Of a stretch of 64,000 bases of DNA, positions 38,801-51,947 are shown one piece after another (the stretch's first letter is position 1; each line of letters opens with the position of its first letter). The notes below the pieces were generated by a model. That model was given only the letters and a program-made list of their open reading frames with translations. It searched no databases and was not told the DNA's origin. Source of the stretch: Botryllus schlosseri (lineage: Eukaryota); contig CM119372.1 of NCBI GenBank assembly GCA_051294905.1, positions 28,336,001 through 28,400,000 of the forward strand. Direction: 5' to 3'. Position numbers and translations under genes: made by a program.

Positions 38801-40501
38801 TGTACTTTAAGGTTTTATATCTAAATAAGATATAGGCCTATGGCACTTGAAAATATTGTTGAATATTTGAAATTCCAAAATGCTGTCGCGAGCCGCACAA
38901 AATGCTCTGGTGGGCCGCATGCGGCCCCGTGTTTGAGACCTCTGGGCTAGAGGGTGCTTTCACAGTAAAAATATATGCACCGGCAAATAAATTGTAATTA
39001 TGCTGATGCACGATATGAATTAACATGTTTTTACATGTTCTGGACATTTTGTGATTCATTCCCAAGACAATATTGATCCCAGCCTCAGATGTTTTGTTAC
39101 GTTTTTATAAATTCACATATCTTCTCAATGATACAATTCAGCTTATAAATATCTCATTTGACGGGCATATTCCTTGCAATGTCCAATCGTACTAATTATG
39201 TATGGTACCTAGAAAATTTGTATTAGAGAAGTTAAATCCTGTGGACTGGGATCTCAGCCCAATGACATGTGTGTGAAGTTGCAAATACTACATAGCAATA
39301 ACCTCTTCTTATTCCCTTCTATATGGGTACAAGCTACCTCTTAGAACCTGAGATGCATGTATGTGGGCTATTTCTGAGGAACACACAGCTAGATATCAGT
39401 GGTAATAGCAATTTGGCACACTCACCCTAAGACATAGAATCATAAAATATTTTAGAACACCCATGTTCACAATACAAACGAAATTCCGATAGTCCTCTGT
39501 CTCATAGAGGCATTGAAAATGCTTGACAAATGTGATTATAACAAATTCTAGGCCTACCTGTAACATGGTAGCGCTGACGAGGTGTCGATCCTTACTAGTT
39601 CTTTGAAACACTTCTTTTATAACGGTAGGGACAATTCCGTCCTGAGCACCAAATCCAGCACCTTGTAAGGCTTGACTGCTACCTGAAAGTCCTCAGTTAA
39701 TGTCACCATTCAAGTTGAAATTACTGGAATCATGTTGTTATGAGGTTTATCATACAGTTTGTTGTCAAACAACTTGTATATCTGTACCGTATTAGTAACA
39801 GCTACATTGCTAGTGTGACATACTATGTTGAATTTTTTACTTAGGATCACATCTTTTAAAGAATTACCAGCACAATAACAAACATAAACAGTTGAAGATT
39901 CAAAAGATAAACAATTTGATGCAGCGAAAAATGATAAAAAAATTTAAAATTAAGCTTAGCTGATAAGATGAAGAGTCCAAATACACAGTATGTACCCAAA
40001 GATTTCCATTACGGTATGTGCTTGTGGCTGCGCAAGAAATGCATGAAGAGAACGCAGCAAGAAGCTGCATAAAATATTACGCGTTATTATTTGAACAGGA
40101 CCCAAACATTACAGACATTTCAAGATAGGCGTAGGCTACAGGTAGGCAAATATGTAAATTTTCAGCACGAGCATTACAGCAGACAACTATTATTTAACCC
40201 ACATACCTGTGCTTGTAATGCCACAACATGTGATATTAACATTATGTCCTGACAACGCATCTTGTACCACACTAGCAAGGTTTGACTTGGCGAAGTTTTC
40301 AATTTCAGTACTGTGGAAGGCTCCGTCAAAGCCAAAAGTCTTTTCATCCTGAATATGAAAGGTAAGAATAATAACTTCCCTTGCAATTAACACTGCCTGA
40401 ACGATTATTACCTGTGCCCCTGATACGGTTACTGATTTGCCTTTTGAAATTTTCATAAAATCCAAGTCACTCTGAATAACGGCATATGTCTTCACTGACA
40501 T
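20809..40501 (-). CDS. Kinesin-like protein with degenerate motor domain and C-terminal coiled coil (17 coding exons, 661 aa)
   Basis: Hand-assembled GT-AG exons with consistent phases: 40501-40412, 40348-40207, 39682-39558, 37253-37171, 35438-35293, 34603-34525, 33214-33087, 32960-32790, 32129-32006, 29913-29835, 28313-28217, 27935-27796, 27529-27410, 26956-26819, 25210-25085, 23365-23236, 20876-20809 (1986 nt, no internal stop). Kinesin landmarks in order: FGFDGAF, ALSGHNVNI, GIVP..IKEVF, VTDILNP..LRVR, VFTIIVSQ, SKISFVDLIGHE, AYMIACC. Heptad-rich tail ends ...LLDDAIQDAVFL...KIPS*. An extra 5' exon cannot be excluded. Confidence 0.88.
20950..21511 (+). mobile_element. hAT MITE family A (intronic)
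   Basis: Family termini; TSD GCACGATG / GCTCGATG (7/8). Confidence 0.92.
22763..23179 (+). mobile_element. hAT MITE family A, internally deleted (intronic)
   Basis: Family termini; TSD ATGCAAAG / ATGCACTG (6/8). Confidence 0.88.
23622..24153 (+). mobile_element. hAT MITE family A (intronic)
   Basis: Family termini; perfect TSD TGCTGTAG. Confidence 0.92.
25838..26420 (+). mobile_element. hAT MITE family F, right end missing
   Basis: CAGTGGTGGCCAAC start; diverged match to 52324-53152. Confidence 0.7.
28777..29075. mobile_element. Charlie-type hAT MITE
   Basis: TIR CAGTGGTTCTCAACCT; perfect TSD CTCTAAAT. Confidence 0.93.
35612..36718. mobile_element. GC-richer non-autonomous TIR element with 8-bp TSD (hAT-like)
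   Basis: TIR CATAGGCGCC(A/G)AAC with GGTATGC subterminal motifs; perfect TSD CCTGCCAC. Confidence 0.88.
37393..38944. mobile_element. Charlie-type hAT element with nested MITE fragment (~37660-38239)
   Basis: TIR CAGAGGTCTCAAAC; perfect TSD GGCTAGAG. Confidence 0.9.
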
Positions 40502-41639
40502 TGCGATCCGACTCAACCAACCGTAATTTATCACAATAGCTTTTGGTCTAAAAAAATTCGTTACAATCAGTCTTCAGACCAAACACTTGTCGGTAAATTT
40601 AAATTGCATATGACATTCATGCATATGTCGACCATGCCACTCATTACAACTACATTGGTGTTTCACAATGGTGGCATGGACATAGCTGGGAAAATGTTTG
40701 AGGGCTACAAAATTTTTTATTAACAATGTGACATCCATGATTTATTGCGACTTTGTTCACTGATAATGTTACAATTTGGAAGTTGAAAACTCAAGGGGGC
40801 AGAAGAGTGGAACTGGTGGCTACATCACACACATTTTTCGCCCATTATTTGCATCATGATTCACCACAAGAAACCTTCAAGTCCAGCTCAATCTACTGTT
40901 ACTACCGACCACCGTTTTAAATGTAACTTATAGCTAGGCCTCTAAAATGGAGCGAAGAATTTCACTACGGTACCAACTACCAAGCAAACCTCTATCACCT
41001 GTTAGTCCATCTTCTTGGTCATTTATGGCATTCATTCTCTATACAATAAGGTATGGCAAAGCATAAGTGACTGATCACGGGGACTGGCTATCTAGTACAG
41101 TAGACATCTTTTCTTTCAGTAAGCTTGACCTTGACGAGGAGTTGGAACTTCACACTTTGTAACACATGATCACATAAAGTTAACAGCGACATACACCGGA
41201 CAGCGATTTCATACTGAATTATGCTATACAGCGTCCTTAAATACAGCTACTACCATATAATGCGAGGTTATCATATGATTAAGGAATGCGGTACTACGCG
41301 TCACAGCGTAGTACATTAACACAGCAGCTGAAATGCTGAAGCCGTCGTTGCCTGCGTAGCGCATAGGCTATGTAATTTTCTTAAGCTCAGCTATTAGTAC
41401 TATTACTTACTTTCAGTTAAGGATGAGTGCTCAGTTGCTACAACGAAGTAGCACAAATATGGCTCAATGAACGATTCTCACAGCTTTCACGCCCCTAGTG
41501 GGAGGGTCGCTGATTTCTTTGATTACACTAATAGACTCCAAATAAACATCTACACCGCTTTATTTGGTTGATTTGAACTGATACTGCTTCTGCAGGACAA
41601 ATAAAGTGCGAGTTTCAGGGTCCAAATTCACCCTAATAA

Positions 41640-42746
41640 CTCGTAATTCTGTGGGTTGTCTCGTTTGATACTCGAGCAATAGTCGGCTAACATATGTAAG
41701 CTTCAATCTGCCTTGGTATCTTACCCTCATCATATTTAGATATTGGGAGATATTTCTCCTTGCCTATCGCTGACTATGCCAAGGTTTTCCGGAAAATTGT
41801 TTCGATATTTTAGCTTTCTTGAATGTCTGCTGTCCGACATAAACATATGACAGTGGCACATGTGTATCATGGTTACATATATGCATTCTTCTTAGGATCC
41901 TTTTTGAGCTACCAATATACATTTGCCATTCACTCGAGTTGTAAATCGGGATTCCTATCTCCTCCAACCACCCATGGTAACAGTATCAGACCAATGCCAG
42001 TATCACGGCAATACACAAATCTACCGAAAGTGGCCCTACGATGAAAACGCCGTTTCTCATGATCGAAAGTGAGATATCTTCGCTCTCTTGTTAAGTAACC
42101 TTTTCTCGATTCGCAAGGATACTATAAGTTCCTAACTCTTCCAAGTCTCTAATCCTATGTCAGTTCATTTAACTTGTGTTGATGGACTACTCTACGTTCT
42201 GAATCCGCGCGTATCTTCGATTTCAAAACCTCATCATTAGGCTTGTCATCCCTAAGATCTTCAGCATCTTGATCCAAATAATGGAGCGTTGGAGCCTATA
42301 GGGGTTTCGAGTTACACTGGATAAGCTGGATGGAGCATTGGACGTATAGCTGATCGTAAATGTAATGTTTATTTTTCTTGTCATATCGTGCAGTTTGCCT
42401 CCAATCTGTGTCTAAACTTTCCTCGGATGATTGCATCCTCTAGTCAAGAATGATTGAAAGCACCGGCCTAGATCGATGCGAATACCTTTTATCTTAATAA
42501 TTCAATTGACCCCTTATTGGCTTTATAACTTATTATGTGATAAAAGTGTGGATTTATATATGATATCGAAAAGTAATATGGTTAAATTCGTGAAAATTTG
42601 CATATTTTGGGCATATGTCGTAGAGCAAAAACTTGACGTGATGGAAGAAAACCAGCAGCATTTTTGGAATCAGCATACCAAAATCAGCCTAAATCAACTG
42701 CAAAATCAAAGTCAACAAATTTTTCGTTCAAAATTGTTGCACAGTG
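41640..42746 (-). mobile_element. Chapaev3-like (CMC) transposon remnant with decayed transposase
   Basis: Terminus CACTGTGCAACAA next to TTA. Minus-strand peptide fragments SAIRP, EWQMYIGSSKR (cf. EWRLFIDSSK) and RYQGR...MLADYCSSIKRD, with stops, frameshifts and deletions. Confidence 0.8.
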
Positions 42747-42868
42747 TTATTATATTGTTAGCATCGATTCAAAACAGCACAAGATGATTGCGATACAATG
42801 CAAAAGATAGGAAGGAGTCGAAACGGCCTGTAGCAGTCTTTCAATAGGACACCGACTTTCGCCTAGCC

Positions 42869-44161
42869 CAGTGGTTTCCAAATTTTTTCATCTCGTGGAC
42901 CCCTTTGGCCGAAAGTTGAGCCAAAACCCCAGTGTTGGGATCAAGTCATTATACCTTCGAGTCACGAGTCATATCGAGTCATTGCACAGTTTGATTCAAG
43001 TCAAGTAAAGTCAATCGATTTTCGAATGTGACTCAAGTCACTCGAATTTTAGAGGTGACTCGAGTCAAGTCGAGTCAAGTCAGGTCAAGTCACGAGTCAA
43101 GTCGCAATTCGAGTCAAGTTGCCTTTTCGGAGTAGAGGCATGATTATGTCATTGCATTTTGCTAGCTGTCTGAAATACAGATTGAGTGGTCATTGATTCG
43201 TAACCGATGGACGAATACAGAGTTAAATATACACTCAGAAAGGGGCTGTATCGCTCACATATACATACATACATAGAACTGCTAAACTATGTAAGTAATT
43301 GCATTGCCTCAGTTTATAGTTACCTGTCAAAATAGAGAATAGAGAAACGAATTGATAAGATGCAATGCATTACCCATTTACAAATAGATATGATACAATT
43401 TGAGCCTGCGCTAATAGTTGAGGACTATGTAAACCATATTCGATTTCAATTTCAATAAAACAAGAGGTTTTGTTAAGGTAAGAACATAGAACAGAAATAG
43501 ACATTTTGCTATTAAATTACTTCACTATACAAGTTTATGACATCGCAAGCTGTAAGCTTCGATCACTTCGTTTGCGGTCAATTTATTTGTGAGAGTACAA
43601 TAGAGGCTCAGTAAAACGCACGATCATTGAATGATTGGTCGCGCTCTCACGGGTTACACCAGATCCAGGGTCCAGTAACATGTTTAGTAAATCGTCGTAC
43701 ATCACAATAAACTAAAATAGTAGTGTTTTTTTTCTTCACGCTCGATGACTTCAAATATTTTTCACGTTAGCTCAGATGTTGGCTTAAAAAGATGAACATT
43801 TTCGCAAGCGTCCTTGTTGTGCTGCATTCGGCATGACTTTTCCCTGCTTAGTGGCAATTTGGTTGAGAAGCTGTCGCGGGCCAAACGAAATCGTCTCGCG
43901 AGCCTCGCGTTTTCAGGGGCTGGAATATCTACGGAAAGGAAATATTTCAAGAAGCATTTAGACATATATCTAGCTAAGAATCTACCAAAAGAAACATACA
44001 GTCGTAAAGAACTAGTTTCATACTTTACATTTCTGTCATAAAAGTCCAAAAATCGTTCGAACCCATAGTGCATCTTGCGTCACTACCCTGAAGCCAGATT
44101 CCCCCCTAAAAATCTCAAAACTCCCCCCAGGGGGGAATTCCCCCCCGGTTGGGAACCACTG
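42869..44161. mobile_element. Charlie-type hAT element containing a truncated family B copy (42930-~43662)
   Basis: CAGTGGTTTCCAA ... TTGGGAACCACTG; TSD GCCTAGCC / GCCTAGAC (7/8). Confidence 0.8.
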
Positions 44162-44281
44162 GCCTAGACGAAGAGTGAGCCAAGCTCCAAAGTCGACAGC
44201 AGAGTCCTGAAAGTGGACGCACGTAAGCGAGAGTTAATGAAGAGTGGGAGTGCGCGTGCAAGCGAAAGTCGTCCTCATTAC

Positions 44282-45265
44282 TAGGGATGGTGTGAACCTC
44301 TGAAAGGTTCAGGTTCGTGTGAACGCAAACCTTTTTGAAAGATTCTGTGTGAACGCGAACGTGAACTTCATGACGTCACGTGACGTCATATTGGTAATTC
44401 CAACTCTACGTTTCAGTGAAGTGATAGCCTATATTTATGTACACTATACCTAACGACGACTCGGACCACATAATGCCACAATACTGAAGTACATATTGAC
44501 ATTTTAAACATCGCCAAATGTATTACCTGGGACAATTAAATGATATAGTAATCCCATAAAATCATTTTCTTTCGTCGATTTGCCAACAATTGCGACGAGG
44601 ACTTGGAAGGGAATATGAGTTTACGCCGTAACGGTCTAGGCCAGACCGGACAATTTATTTGGTGCCCGAGTATTGCTACGTTGATATTGAGCAGAGTGTA
44701 AAACGGGTTTTTGTACTTGCTACCGATATTACCCCAATGACAAGTTATATAGCAGTAGCCAACATCCCCATCGCACGGACTTGGTTTTTATGATAGAATA
44801 AACATATAAAATTTAGATTGACCCAGTACATCAGACAACGATATCAATTTCATTGGTACGTTGGTTGAATAAGCATCATCCGCTCACTACCTACATGTAG
44901 TTTATTTCGCTCTTGATGTTGTGTGATTGCGGGTCAAGCTCATAGCAGAGAGTCGCTAAATATTCACAAACGGAAAGCTGGATATTTCGTGCAAACTTTT
45001 GTAACAAAGCGAGTAAAATTTTTGAGATTGTCAAGGTGCATGCTCGTTCAGTGTTGATTTTTTATGCTGCCAGCGCGATGCATTGAGTGGCGCGCAGTTG
45101 AAATACACTAAATTTAAACCATGTTATAATGAAGTCAAAATTGTAATATATGAAAAAGGTTCACAGTGCAGAACCTAACAGGGTTCGTTTGTGAACGTGA
45201 ACCTCCAAATTTCCGAGGTTCACACACAGAACGCGAACGTGAACCCCGCGTTCACACCATCCCTA
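44282..45265 (+). mobile_element. hAT (Ac-like TAGGGATG) MITE family C
   Basis: TIR TAGGGATGGTGTGAAC, GTGAAC subterminal repeats, perfect TSD CTCATTAC. Confidence 0.94.
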
Positions 45266-46226
45266 CTCATTACCCAAAGCAAAGACAATGAACTTTAAAA
45301 AATGCACTGTCGTGGCGCACGAATCCTAAACAGGCGATTAGCACCACTGTCATTGATCTGTAATAAAAATAATATTGATAACAATACAAACAATCCTGAT
45401 GGGAGGCCAAGAAATAACAACATGCAACAAAGTAATCAATAAAAACGGGAAGATGCATCATCATTAATTTTGAGCCAAAAATTTCCGAAGACACTTCTCC
45501 ATCAGCTCTACAGGTTAATCTGGTCACGTGAGCTGTGAATGAATAAATTTTGGACAGTAAAATGTGAAACTACCAACATTTTAGACGAAATCCATTCAAG
45601 AGGCAAAATTTTAGCGCTCCGCGCGACTACACACGTAATGCTAGTATCTTTTCTTCACATTTATACTCGCGATTTTGGTACATATATTATATATTGTAAG
45701 CCTGCTGGGATGTTTTGCTTCTACAATGAGAAAATTCCCGCAAAGCATATCTCAAGAAATAAGTGAAGGCACAGAACACCGCAAGGCCTCTCCGCGGTGC
45801 TAAGTTCCCAGTAGCAAATTTCATATGAGTATTTGTCGTCCATGGGCCATGGCGACTCCCCGCTGGAACGCGGACGTATTGTATTGGTAATCGAAATGCG
45901 GCTTTCTGCGTTATCGGTGTATTATATGGTCATAGGTGTACGAGTTTTGAGAATATGTTTAAAGGGTGTACCATGACGAAAAAGGTTGAAGAGCACTGAT
46001 CTAGAGTCTGTCAGCCGTCAGTAACATCGGATGCAGCAACGAAGACATATATGCCGCCGTGTCGGCTTGTGACGTCATAATGAATACTTGTCGTCAATTG
46101 TCAATAACAGTTTAGTTGCACTAGAACGCACTCTACTCCATGCCATTGCTGTTTACAGCATTAAAATTCAGGCCTGCTGCTAAATTATGTGAAATGAGCA
46201 GATATGATTGTTGCAGATATAATAGC

Positions 46227-47215
46227 TAGGGATGGTGTGAACGTGAGGTTCACGTTCGCGTTCTGTGTGTGAACCTTGGAAATTTAGAGGTTCGCGTTCA
46301 CAACAGAACCTTGGTAGGTTCTGCACTGTGAACCTTTTTTCATGTATCACAATTTTCACTTCATTATAACATCCTTGGTTCAAATTTATTGCATTTCAAC
46401 TGTGGTCCACTCTATGCATGGCACTGGCAGCATTAAAAATAAACACTAAACGAGCATGCACCTCGACAATCTCAAAAGTTTTACTTGCTTCGTTACAAAA
46501 GTTTGCTCGAAATATCCAGCTTTCCGTTTGTGAATATTTAGTGACTCTCTGCTGTGAGCTTGACCCGCAATCACATAACATCACGAGCGAAATACGTAGT
46601 CAGCGAATGATGTTTATTCAACCAATCAACAAGATTGATATCGTTTCCTGATGTGACAATTCGAGAAGGCGTACGGGGTCAATCTTGACTTCATATCTTT
46701 CCTGCATCATTAAAATCAAATCCGTGCGATTGAGGTGTTTGCTACTGCTTTATAACTTCTTAATGGGGTGATATCGGTAGCAAGTATAGAAACCCATTTT
46801 ACACTCTGCTCAATATCAATGTACCAATACTCAGACGCCGAATACATTGCCCGGTCTGGTCTAGATCGTTAAGGGGTAAGCGTATATTCCCTGGTAAGCC
46901 CCTTCGAAATTGCTGGCAAAGCGACGGAAGATATTGATTTTATGGGAGTATTACCGTTTGATTGCCTCAGTTGATACATTTAGCGACGTTTAAAACGCCA
47001 ATATGTACTTCAGCATTGTTGCATTATGTGGCCCGAGTCGTCGCTAGGTATCGTGTACATTAATATAGGCTACCACTTCATTGAAAGATAGGGTTGGAAT
47101 TAGCAAAATGACGTCACGTGACGTCATGAGGTTCACGTTCGCGTTCACACAGAACCTTTCAAAAAGGTTTGCGTTCACACGAACCTGAACCTTTCAGAGG
47201 TTCACACCATCCCTA
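46227..47215 (-). mobile_element. hAT MITE family C, inverted copy
   Basis: Same TIRs; perfect TSD ATAATAGC; diverged reverse complement of 44282-45265. Confidence 0.94.
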
Positions 47216-47239
47216 ATAATAGCATCTCATGAAATGCGT

Positions 47240-47393
47240 CGGAGCCGGAGCTAGTCCTCAAATAACGGGCTCCAGCTCCGGCTCCGGCTTTGGCTTAATT
47301 TTATGTAGAGCTCCGGCTCCGGCTCCGGCTCCAGCTCCGGTGAAAATGCACGGCTCCGGCGCTCCTTGCTCCAGCTCCGGTTCCAAAGCCCTG
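47240..47393. mobile_element. Right end of a (GGCTCC)n hAT MITE
   Basis: GGCTCC hexamer runs ending TCCAAAGCCCTG; left end not found. Confidence 0.7.
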
Positions 47394-47789
47394 GTAAGAA
47401 CAGAGGACAGAATTAGACATTTTGCTACTGGATTACTTTACTACACTAGTTTACGAGAACGCAAGCTGTAAGCTTCGTTAACTTCGTTTGCAGTCAATTT
47501 ATTTGTGAGAGAACAATGAAGGCTCAGTAGAACACACGATCATTGAATGATTGGTCGATCTTACGGGTTACACCAGCGTTTCGTGAACAATCCGAGCATG
47601 GAAGATACAGTGATTTTTATCGACACCGATTATTTGATGACTTGAAATTGACTCGTGAATTTTGCTCCGAGTCACGAGTCAATCCACATTTTTGATACGC
47701 CGAGTCAAGTCAAGTCAAGTCATTTTGGCAAAGTGACTCGAGTCAAGTCAAGTCATACGAAAAAGGTGACTCGAGTCATCCCAACACTG
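47394..47789 (+). mobile_element. Right part of hAT MITE family B
   Basis: Matches the right part of 2595-4152; ends ATCCCAACACTG. Confidence 0.85.
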
Positions 47790-48006
47790 ATTCGTTGCCG
47801 TCATTTCGGAGCCACGTAGTCATATCAATATCCAGGTTCGGTAAACATGTGTCGGTCATTTTAGATTTTAGGTGTTATCAGTGCCGATCTTTCTGGGAGC
47901 ACACTTCGGGGACTCTCAGGTTGCGCGAAGTCGTGATGTGTCCTAGGGCGGATAGCCTATGCGTGTGTCTAATGGTCCCACACTAGTCTACTGCGCAACT
48001 CTGGAC

Positions 48007-49346
48007 CAGTGTTTCCCAAAGTTTTTTGAGCTGCCGCCCCCTGAACAACGAATAAAGTGCCAGCGCTCCCCTCCCGACCCCCTCACCCCGACTAAATCAT
48101 AAAACGAGAGTTGTTCTACATTTGTTACAGCTAATAATGAGACGGATGAAGCTGGTGTTTTATTATCACCATCCACGTCACATTGGTTTTGAGTTTTGAT
48201 CAGAACAATCTCATTCTAAAATCTATAGTCTTCACGTTCCGTAGGCTACTGTCAAGTCGGCGTCTGCTGTGGGTCAGAAACTTGGTCACAGCACTGAAAA
48301 CACGATCTATCAAATATGGGCGGGGAAGGGCAATGAGGAAAAAGTTATCCCAATTCCAGTGAGAGTATTTCTATTTGATTAAATTGTGTATCCAGAACGA
48401 TTGATTTGAAATATTGAACTTTGCGTTGAACTCAAAAATGTTCTACACTACCATAAAATCAGCTCTTCAATCATTTCATGTTCGGAAACTTTCCAGAATG
48501 GATTGATTATCCGGTAAGGAATTTCTAATTGGAATATATCCAGGAATCAAATCAACATATCCTCGTGCAGTTTTCTGAGATGATTGATTTATATTTCTCC
48601 ATCAAAATCGGGTATTCGAGATAAAACAGTAGCTCATGCAAGTTCGACAATTGGAACAATTCACGTGTCGCAAAATTTGGCTGAAATATCACGTGATTAT
48701 CACTGAATCCGGACAGTGTCATATTCACCTTAATCAGGTTTCATCATTACTAAGAACGGATATATTCTACTCATAAGCTTTGGAAAATATGCCCGTCAAG
48801 TAGAAGCTATATCGTTTCTTGCAACCAGAACGCCGTGCCGAAGACCACGGTCGCAGCACTCCGAGAAATCCACAATCGTTTGAAACAGAGATTAAAATCA
48901 CGCAAGACAGTTTCTCTTAAAAAGCCATCACACCTTGCAGTGGGCAAAAACTGCTCAAATACTTCGTGGTTCCCACAGCACACAATGAACCACGCTATTA
49001 AGAATTCTGCCTACTGCTAAATTAGTCCATTGATGGGCAGGTTCAACATTGCCATGTAACAATGGACTGTTCCGGCCCAGCTGAATAAATAGTCTGATGA
49101 TCCTAAATTGCCCTGACTGAATCGAATTTGCATTTTTACTACGCATTTAGCTGCTGTATTCATCAATCGTTTCAACACTACGTAGCAGTTGCCTTCTCAA
49201 CCTACACCGCCCCATTTTCTCTCCGAGCCACCCTATCGCCCAATTTCATAGCCAGCGTCCCCCCAGTCGCCCATTTCATGGCCAGCGCCGCCTTCACGCT
49301 CGCGAACGCCCCAGGGGGACGTTGGCGCCCACTTTGGGAACCACTG
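48007..49346 (-). mobile_element. hAT (Charlie/Buster-like) element with transposase pseudogene (~48190-49150)
   Basis: TIR CAGTG(T/G)TTCCCAAAGT; flanks CTCTGGAC / CTCTAAAC. Minus-strand fragments HLRKLHEDM..FLDIFQLEIPYRIINPF...EELI and FLIALPRPYLIDRVFSAVTKFLTHSRRRL (hAT C-terminal dimerisation region) with stops. Confidence 0.85.
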
Positions 49347-50985
49347 CTCTAAACTGATGCATATCTACGGCTTCAAGCTTAAGAAAGTACTGTCCTTTCA
49401 TAATTGCGAATATAGTTTGCCTCAATTTGTACATCAAGCGTATGCAATGCGTTATATTTTCATGTCTAGCTTACCAGTGACACTAATGCGCGCGAAACGG
49501 ACAAAGAAATATTTCAGGTGAAAGGAATTTGCCTAAAAATAGTCTATTTATTGCTCTTTAAAAAAATTACAAAAGAATTGTTGGCATAGTCTCTTTTGCC
49601 CTCTGGCTAGCCTAGCGCGAAATATTAGTTCGTCACTTTCCGTTTTGGCAACGTTGCCCAAAGTTTAGCATGTTTCTTCTTTTGCTCGGGTTACGCTACA
49701 AATAAAGCAAGTTAACTTGCGATCTCTTTGACTTCAATCGATGAAGTTGGAATGTTTTGTCAGTATCTGAAAAATTTTAATTCGAAAATAAGATAAATAC
49801 TTTTACTATAGGCCTCGTTGTAATAGATTCGGCACGGCGTTTGCCCGCTTGGGTGAACTTTGTTTTAGAGGCCGTCGCGGGCCCAACAAAATCGTATCGC
49901 AAACTGCATTTTTAGCGCAGCTGAAAGTTATAGCATTTGAACATTCTTCCAGCAAAAAAAAAAACAGTCAAAATGAACATACGTTTATGTTTGGAATTAC
50001 AATTAGTTGACTATACTTGACAGTTCAGCAATTAATTGTTTTTTAATCGGTTACAATTCTAAAGCAAAATTCCCCCGTTGGGAACCACTGATTTAATTAA
50101 ACTTGACAAACATTACGGTGGGCCCCTAATCTACGCCCTCACTATATGCTACTAAATGTAAAATAATTCCCATTTATCAGGAGGTGCGAATATAGAGTTC
50201 GTAAATTGAATGTTAGGCTCATCGGAATTTTCACCAATGTTTGGGTGCAACAATCCATGTTGAGGGTATAATGTAAGCATAGCAGAATCTTTACTAGCAA
50301 TTTGTGTAAAGCTAGGCGATTCAATCATAAGAATTTGGGAAGAAGTTACGTCACTTCCACAAAACTTCACTGACTATACTAAAGTCAATACTGCAACCAG
50401 GGCTGTGGAGTCGGTAAATTTTACCACCGACTCCGGCTCCGACTCCGAGTCCACACATTTTCAATATACCGACTCCGACTCCGACTCCGACTCCGACTCC
50501 TGAATCTATAAACGTACCGACTCCGACTCCGACTCCGACTCCTGGGTCTTTGGACGTACCGACTCCGACTCCGACTCCCGACTCCGACTCCAGCATTATT
50601 ACCAATTTGCTTCGAAAATTATATGCCACATTGTAGGTTGAATGACTATCATACAACCATTAAACATATGCAAACATATGATTAACGGTGGCATGCTAAA
50701 TTGTTTCATTGTGGCACAGCTCGAATTATCCACTATGCAATTAACATGAAAGAAAGATTTGCTAAATATCCTTCTTTTTTCAAGTTTTTATAACATGGAC
50801 TCTTTAATATCCTGAAATGTAAGAATCATTCAAATATGGCAGATATCCAATCCTGTACATTAAAAATGTAGATAAAAATCCAAGTGTAGCTCTTGCGTAT
50901 GAGTCAGCAACTAATAAAGAGATTGAACGTACCAATTTTGTCATGGCACACTATACTGATTATACAAGCACACACACTCTTACTA

Positions 50986-51947
50986 GGGGAGATGTGGTAC
51001 CGATGGATCAAAAATTGGAAAATGATCGCTGGCCCCAAAATGTTCAGCCGAAAGCAGCAGATCTTTTGCTGGCTCAGCACTTTGATACAAGCTCTACCTA
51101 TCGCGCACATATACATGAATATCCGTCTTTTCAAAAAATATTTATGGCCGTTCAAAATTTGTTGCTCGAACGTGTCATCGGTCCCCACCCGGTGGGTCCA
51201 ATGGCACACGACCCGGGGACCTATGACACATATACCCTAAAAACATCAGATGTGACAACTTTTCTTGCTCAATATTATAATCTAAGCTACATCAAGCCAA
51301 AGAAGAATGTTTGATCGCAACCGTCAAAAAATAGAATAAATATTAACTCAAATGTTGTCATAAAATCATGTTTCGATTTAGGCTCGGACTTATAAATTTG
51401 AGGGTACATACATACTGGCCGAAAATCGACAGTGTGACTTCCAAATACCTCGTTATAGCGATAAAACATCATATGCAATTATTACATAAAGATTTTCTGT
51501 ACGTAGGCATGTTTCATTTGTTTCATGATTAGTATGCTTGATTATTTTGCTTGATTTGGCTATTGTATCACCGGTCCCCACCCTACGAATTTTATACACG
51601 AATCGAAAAAAATTCCACTCAAGGAAAGTACTGAAAAGAATAATAGATGCCATTATATAGCCTGATACAAGCCCTACACTTCACAATAAAAATGATTGCT
51701 GGTTTGTTTGTGTTTAAGGTTACACAGAAAAATGTATATGTCGATCTAAATTTAGTTTACACCCCCCAAAACAAAAAACATCTGTGAGAGACCCCATAAC
51801 TCGCGCACGTCGAATTTTTTTGTATGTGAGGAAAGATTTTTCCAGCATGCAATTGTAAACAAGTTCACAGAGTGTAATCATGGAATTATCATAGAGAATT
51901 TTCAAAGTATTTTCGGTCCCAGTGATCCATCGGTACCACATCTCCCC
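50986..51947. mobile_element. TA-flanked MITE family E (Tc1/mariner-like)
   Basis: 25-bp TIR GGGGAGATGTGGTACCGATGGATCA flanked by TA on both sides. Confidence 0.88.

Noticed and set aside
42930..47789. One family B element with ~4 kb of nested inserts
   Set aside because: Flanks do not match (CAAAACCC vs ATTCGTTG) and both halves contain the same ~180-bp internal segment, so two truncated copies.
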